Positions 59,234 through 64,000 of a DNA stretch of 64,000 nt are shown piece after piece. Numbering within the stretch: the stretch's first letter is position 1; each line of letters opens with the position of its first letter. This DNA comes from Felis catus (Eukaryota). The DNA lies in contig NC_058381.1 of the NCBI RefSeq assembly GCF_018350175.1, positions 2,046,001 through 2,110,000 of the forward strand, written 5' to 3'. Both the position numbers and the translations under genes were made by a program. The notes beneath the pieces are model-generated. The model ran no database searches, had not been told where the DNA came from, and saw only the letters and a program-made list of their open reading frames with translations.

Positions 59234-60335
59234 GCTGGGTGCAGGGCTGGAGCCTGGGCGGTTGAGGCTCCTCTGAGGACTGGGGCTGAGTTCGGGCTGA
59301 AGCTTGAGCTACGATGTGAATTCGGGCAGAGGCTGATGGGGGGTGGGTGGAGGACCCGAGCCCATCGAGGCTACCGTCTGGGTTGGGTCTAAGGTTGGAG
59401 GGGAGTTTGGGGCTGAAACGCAGCTGGGTCTCGTCCCTTCTCAGGACACTGCTTGGGCCGGGACCCGGCCAGGAGCCCTCCTTCCCCGCTTTCATGGACC
59501 AAACCCCCCTCCTCCACCAGCCCCCACGGTCCCTGCGCTAGGGTCTCCTCCATAACAAACATCCCCAGTCCCACCTGCCCCTGACTTTGGTTACCTGTCA
59601 GGGGTATGGAGGGCTGATGCCCGGGTCCCTCAGGCAGCCCGGCCCCAGGGCGAGGAGGGGCTAGACCCCAGAAAAGTGGGCCAGGTGGTACCAGGAGGGC
59701 TGGCCCAGGCGAGGGACCCGAGTCCGTGTGTCTGAGTGTCCAAGTGGTTCTAAGCTGGCCTCTCCTGTCCCCGGGACTTTGGACAGTAAATAGAAGTGGA
59801 AACAGGGTTGGAACTCAGGCAAAGTGTCGTGGGGGTGGGGGACACGACTGTCTCTATTCTTCCCAGAGAAAGGGGTCTCCTGGCCTGCCCCCCTCACCCC
59901 CGCACGCTGGTCACCTCGTGCCTCGCTGCACTGTTCCGGAGGGGTGCGGGCCAGGAGGGGGCTGGGGCTCAGTTCACTGTTTCCCCTCTGCCCCTCCCCC
60001 CTTCCACGCCCTGCCCCTGAATTTCCCAGAATTGTTGGTGTCTCCAAATATGCCCGGGCCCGGATAAGAGGCGCCAGTTCCCCGTTCTTGCCCAACGTGC
60101 GGGCTCAGCACCAGGCCCCCCCAGCTCTGGGCTGACTCACCTCACTCTCCTGGGAATAAAGCCCCTCAGGACCAGCTTCGCCCTCCTGTGCTGAATGGGT
60201 CCCAAGGCGGCCCCCCAGAGCTGGCACTTCTGTGGTCCCCACCTCCCAGGGGAGGGAATGGGGCCTCGGGAAGATGAAGGGACCTTCCCTGGGCAGGCAG
60301 AAAGAAGCAGCCCAGCGTAAAAGAGGGGAGAAGTC

Positions 60336-60550
60336 AGGGGCGCCCCGGGGGCTCAGCCAGTTAAGCGTCTTGATCTCAGCTCAGGTCATGATCTCACAGT
60401 TCGTGCGTTCGACCCCCGCATCGGGCTCTGTGCTGATGGCGGGGAAACGGCTTGGGGTTCTGTCTCTCCTTCTCTCTGCCCCTCACCGGTTTATTCCTCT
60501 CTCTCTGTCTCTCAAGGTAAATAAATAAACTTAAAAAAAAAAAAAAAAGA
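60336..60550 (+). mobile_element. Can-SINE
   Basis: Full-length body and tail; flanking aaaagagggga. Confidence 0.88.
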
Positions 60551-61325
60551 GGGGAAAAGTCACCGGAGCTCACCATAGCTTGAGAAAGAAAACAGCTTTC
60601 GTCCCTGATTTTGTGACCCTCACCAAACGCCTGCTGGCCGAGGACAGAGTTTCTCTGATTCAGCTAAGTCCTTGTGCTGAAAAGGTATCAGGGGCCTGTG
60701 TTTTCCGGCGGGAACTTGCAGACACACGGGACAGCCACACATTCCAACCTCCTGCCTTCCTGCCAGGCCCCCAAGGCAGTGGTGGCTGCTTTGGTTTTTT
60801 GACCATATCCCTCAGTCAGACACACGCACCCCCCCACACACACACACTGTGCTTCACTTTGTTCTGATGCCCCAGCACCTGCCACATAGCAGGTGCTTAA
60901 CAAGTATTTGCTGAAGAAACAAGCAGATGAAGGAATGAATTGGTACATGCGTTGTGGACGCGACGGTTTCCTCCAACAGTGCTCACCTCGCTCCCCGCAT
61001 CCTACTTCGTGACCACGTAGACGAACTTTCCCAGTCGGCTCACGGGCCACGCCCCCAGGCTTGGAAATCAGGGCTGGGAGGCCCCAGTCTGGGCAAGGAG
61101 GTGGTTTCAGTTCCAAGATTTGGGCAAGAACTTTGCCAAGTGGATTATCCACTGCCTGTCGAGGTGGGCCAGCTGCCATCCGGGGATGGGGGGGGATTCT
61201 CGCTGGCCACCCACCTCCACGGAACTGGGTTCAACACCCCCCCCCCACTGGCGAGATAGGACAGGGGACACGAGAGACATTCGCTGCGTCCTTCTCTTTC
61301 TCCCTGTTCCAAAGTCAGCATTTTA

Positions 61326-61595
61326 GGGACGCCTGGCTGGCTGAGTCAGTAGAGTGTGCAACTCTTGGTCTCGGGGTTGTGAGTCCGAGCCCCACGTTAG
61401 GTGTAGGGATTACTTAAAAATAAAATCTTGAGGGGCGCCTGGGTGGGTCAGTCAGTTAAGCATCTGACTTCCGCTCAGGTCATGATCTCACGGCTTGTGA
61501 GTTCGAGCCCCGCGGCGGGCTCTGTGCCGACAGCTCGGAGCCTGGAGCTGCTTCGGATTCCGTGTCTCCCCCTCTCTGCCCCTCCCCCATTCATG

Positions 61596-61635
<40 letters not shown>

Positions 61636-61665
61636 AATAAACATTAAAAAACTTTTTTTTAATCT
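61326..61665 (+). mobile_element. Two tandem Can-SINEs
   Basis: Heads at about 61326 and 61432. Confidence 0.87.
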
Positions 61666-61959
61666 TGAAAATCAGGTTTTAATTTACCGAAAGCTGACAT
61701 ATACTTGGATTATTTCTGAAGGTTTTATATTGTCTTACCACTTTTTTCTTGGGTTTTTCTGATTTGGGTTATGGAATCCTGTTTTTATTTGGTTGATTTT
61801 GGCTTGGAATTTTTTTTGGGGGGGTACCTCAGGCACAGAAACTTAGGTTAGCTGTATTCCTGAGTTGGTGACACCCAATCCTCCCTCCTACGTCCCCTGT
61901 TCCCCCAAAGCCAATCCTCCTACTCTCCACGGGCAGCCAGAATGGTGTCTTTGCTGCAT

Positions 61960-62535
61960 GGGACAACCTCCAAAGATGGCGGCCATCAACTTTTCTTCTG
62001 ATGGGCACTCAAGTCGCACCACCCTTCCAGAGCTATGGTCTACTTCCCCTCCCCGAGGAGCTGGGCTCACTGGGTGACTTGCCGTAGCCAATGGAAAGCG
62101 CTAGAAGGGACAATCTGCCGGTTCTGGGCCCAGGCTTCAGCTCAGTCTTGGAAGCCAGCCACCATGTTTTATGGGAGCCCAGCTACCCTGCTACAGAGAC
62201 AGAGGCTTGGGCTGGAGGTGGGGAAGCAAGACACCATATGGACATTGAGAGATCGAGAGAGAGAGGGACAGAGAGAGAGAGAGAGACCACACGGGGAAAT
62301 GCTGAGGCCTGAGGACGTGTGAACAAAGCCTTCTGGGAGCTTCCAGCCCAGCCCAGCCCAACAGCTGAATACACCAGAGCGCCTAAGCCTAGCCAATGAG
62401 ACATGGGCCCCCTGGCCAGGCCTGCCCTAATTTCTGGCCCCAGAGAGTCTTGAGATATAATAAGCAGTCGTTTGTTTTCAACCGCTGAAGTTGGGGGTGG
62501 ATGTATGTTATGTATCAACAGGTAACCACAACAAT
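61960..62535 (+). mobile_element. MaLR LTR remnant (MLT1-like)
   Basis: cctccaaagatggcggcca start; tgttatgtatcaacaggtaac end. Confidence 0.65.
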
Positions 62536-62942
62536 ATTTACTCTTCAATATGCATCCTTGTCAAATGTGTGCGTGTCTATTTGTCCGTTAGGTGCGTAAA
62601 TGGGACTTTCCTAAATCTTTTGTTCCTGACCTTTCTCGCCCAGCAACAAATGTTTAAGATCCGTCCGCGTTGCTATTAGCACATCTGGCTTGTTGCTACG
62701 AACTCACTGGTGTGTGTCGATCGCGGTTTATTTACCCAGTCCCCTAGCGAGAAACCCTAGGCTCTCGCCAGCTCCCAACCGCCACCGTCTACACCGCGGC
62801 TGATGTTCCCACCACGTTTCCACGCGGACGTACGTGAGAAGTTCTCTCGGAACTGTATCCAAGAATGAAATCGCTGGGTCACGGGATATTCACGCGCTTC
62901 ATTCCAGGCACACACACGTTTTTGCGCTGATGAGATCGGAGC

Positions 62943-62945
<3 letters not shown>

Positions 62946-62997
<52 letters not shown>
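62946..62997. repeat. (TA)n followed by poly-T
   Basis: Seen directly. Confidence 0.9.
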
Positions 62998-64000
62998 GTG
63001 GTCTTTGTCCCCCTTTTCTTTTTTTTGCTTGCCTGAGATCCTCCCCCTCCCCCCTCCCCCCTTACTGTCTCTCCCATCCCTGAGCCTTCTATGAGAATAG
63101 TAATAACCCAGAATTATTTTTCTGTCTTCTCTCTGCTGGTCACCATGTCCCTGCACAGATCTAGGCGAGACCTTCCCTGTATCATACGGTCAAATCACGA
63201 GATCACAAATTATTCTCAGGCTTGATTTGCCTGAGTCCCGTCAGGGCACACGTTTTCCAGAATGGCTATGCCCGAGGATACCGCCCCCACCCCCGCCCCC
63301 CACTGGCCCATGACAGTCCACCCCACCCCCACCCCTCCAACCCCTGTCTGGTTCATCCTTCTCAACCTTTGATACTATTCAACTTCCCAGTTGCTGCAGA
63401 TCTGACACCTTCTTCCCAGTTTCTTATTTCACATTTCCAGTTAAGAGTGGGCTTGGATACTTCCTCATCTGTGTGGTGATCATCTGAGTTTCCCCTTGTA
63501 AGAACTGCTCTTTTCATATCCTTTGTGTATTTTCCTATCGGGTTTCCTGAATCCACTTTGTGGATTAACCAGGATTTCTGGTGTATTCTAGACGCTTGTT
63601 CAAAAAACAAGAAAGCTGTTTCGAAAATAAAAAAGCAATAACCATAGTATTGTTGAAGTCAAAAACTTAGGAGAAGCTTTGGAAGATAAATTTTAGGAAA
63701 GCTCCCAGGAAAGAGAGGGACAGAGAGAGAGAGAGAGAAAGAGAGAGCGCGCGCAAAAGGACAAAGAGATAAAAAGAAAAAAAAGTTTTAATAAGAAAAT
63801 AGCTAAATTAGGGGGACTCTTTTCCCCCCTCTGGCCTCATGTTTCCATGTATGTTTCTCATTAGGGAAACTCTCTGGGCCTCCATCCCAGCCCCCCAGCT
63901 CCCAGGCACATAGGTCTGCCTAATTCTTGGATGAAATCTTAATAAGTCCTTTTGATTTAAGATTTTAAGCGAAACCCACCTTTCACTGCTTATCAGCAAA

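Noticed and set aside
21559-61762. Recurrent ORFs such as [16 protein letters not shown] and [10 protein letters not shown]
   Set aside because: Translations of Can-SINE copies, not genes.

Overview
Mammalian genomic DNA, almost certainly a felid (dense carnivore Can-SINEs of felid type), syntenic to human 17p13.1. Five intact spliced genes can be rebuilt exon by exon with GT-AG junctions: BCL6B (+, 469 aa), SLC16A13 (+, 426 aa), SLC16A11 (-, 449 aa), CLEC10A/MGL (-, 307 aa) and ASGR2 (-, 302 aa). The rest is SINE, L1, L2, MIR and LTR remnants plus tandem repeats. The strongest unexplained signal is a 135-bp tract that is 100% identical between the first lectin-domain (CRD) exons of the ancient paralogs CLEC10A and ASGR2, 19 kb apart, which points to recent exon-restricted gene conversion. 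Related signals: a decayed duplicate of the ASGR2 transmembrane exon, AT-to-GC biased drift in old repeats, a one-residue shortening before the CLEC10A WND motif, a 28-bp minisatellite with 84-bp higher-order structure upstream of SLC16A11, and two small templated-insertion scars. All comparisons with human or mouse sequences and repeat consensi are from memory and need alignment to confirm.
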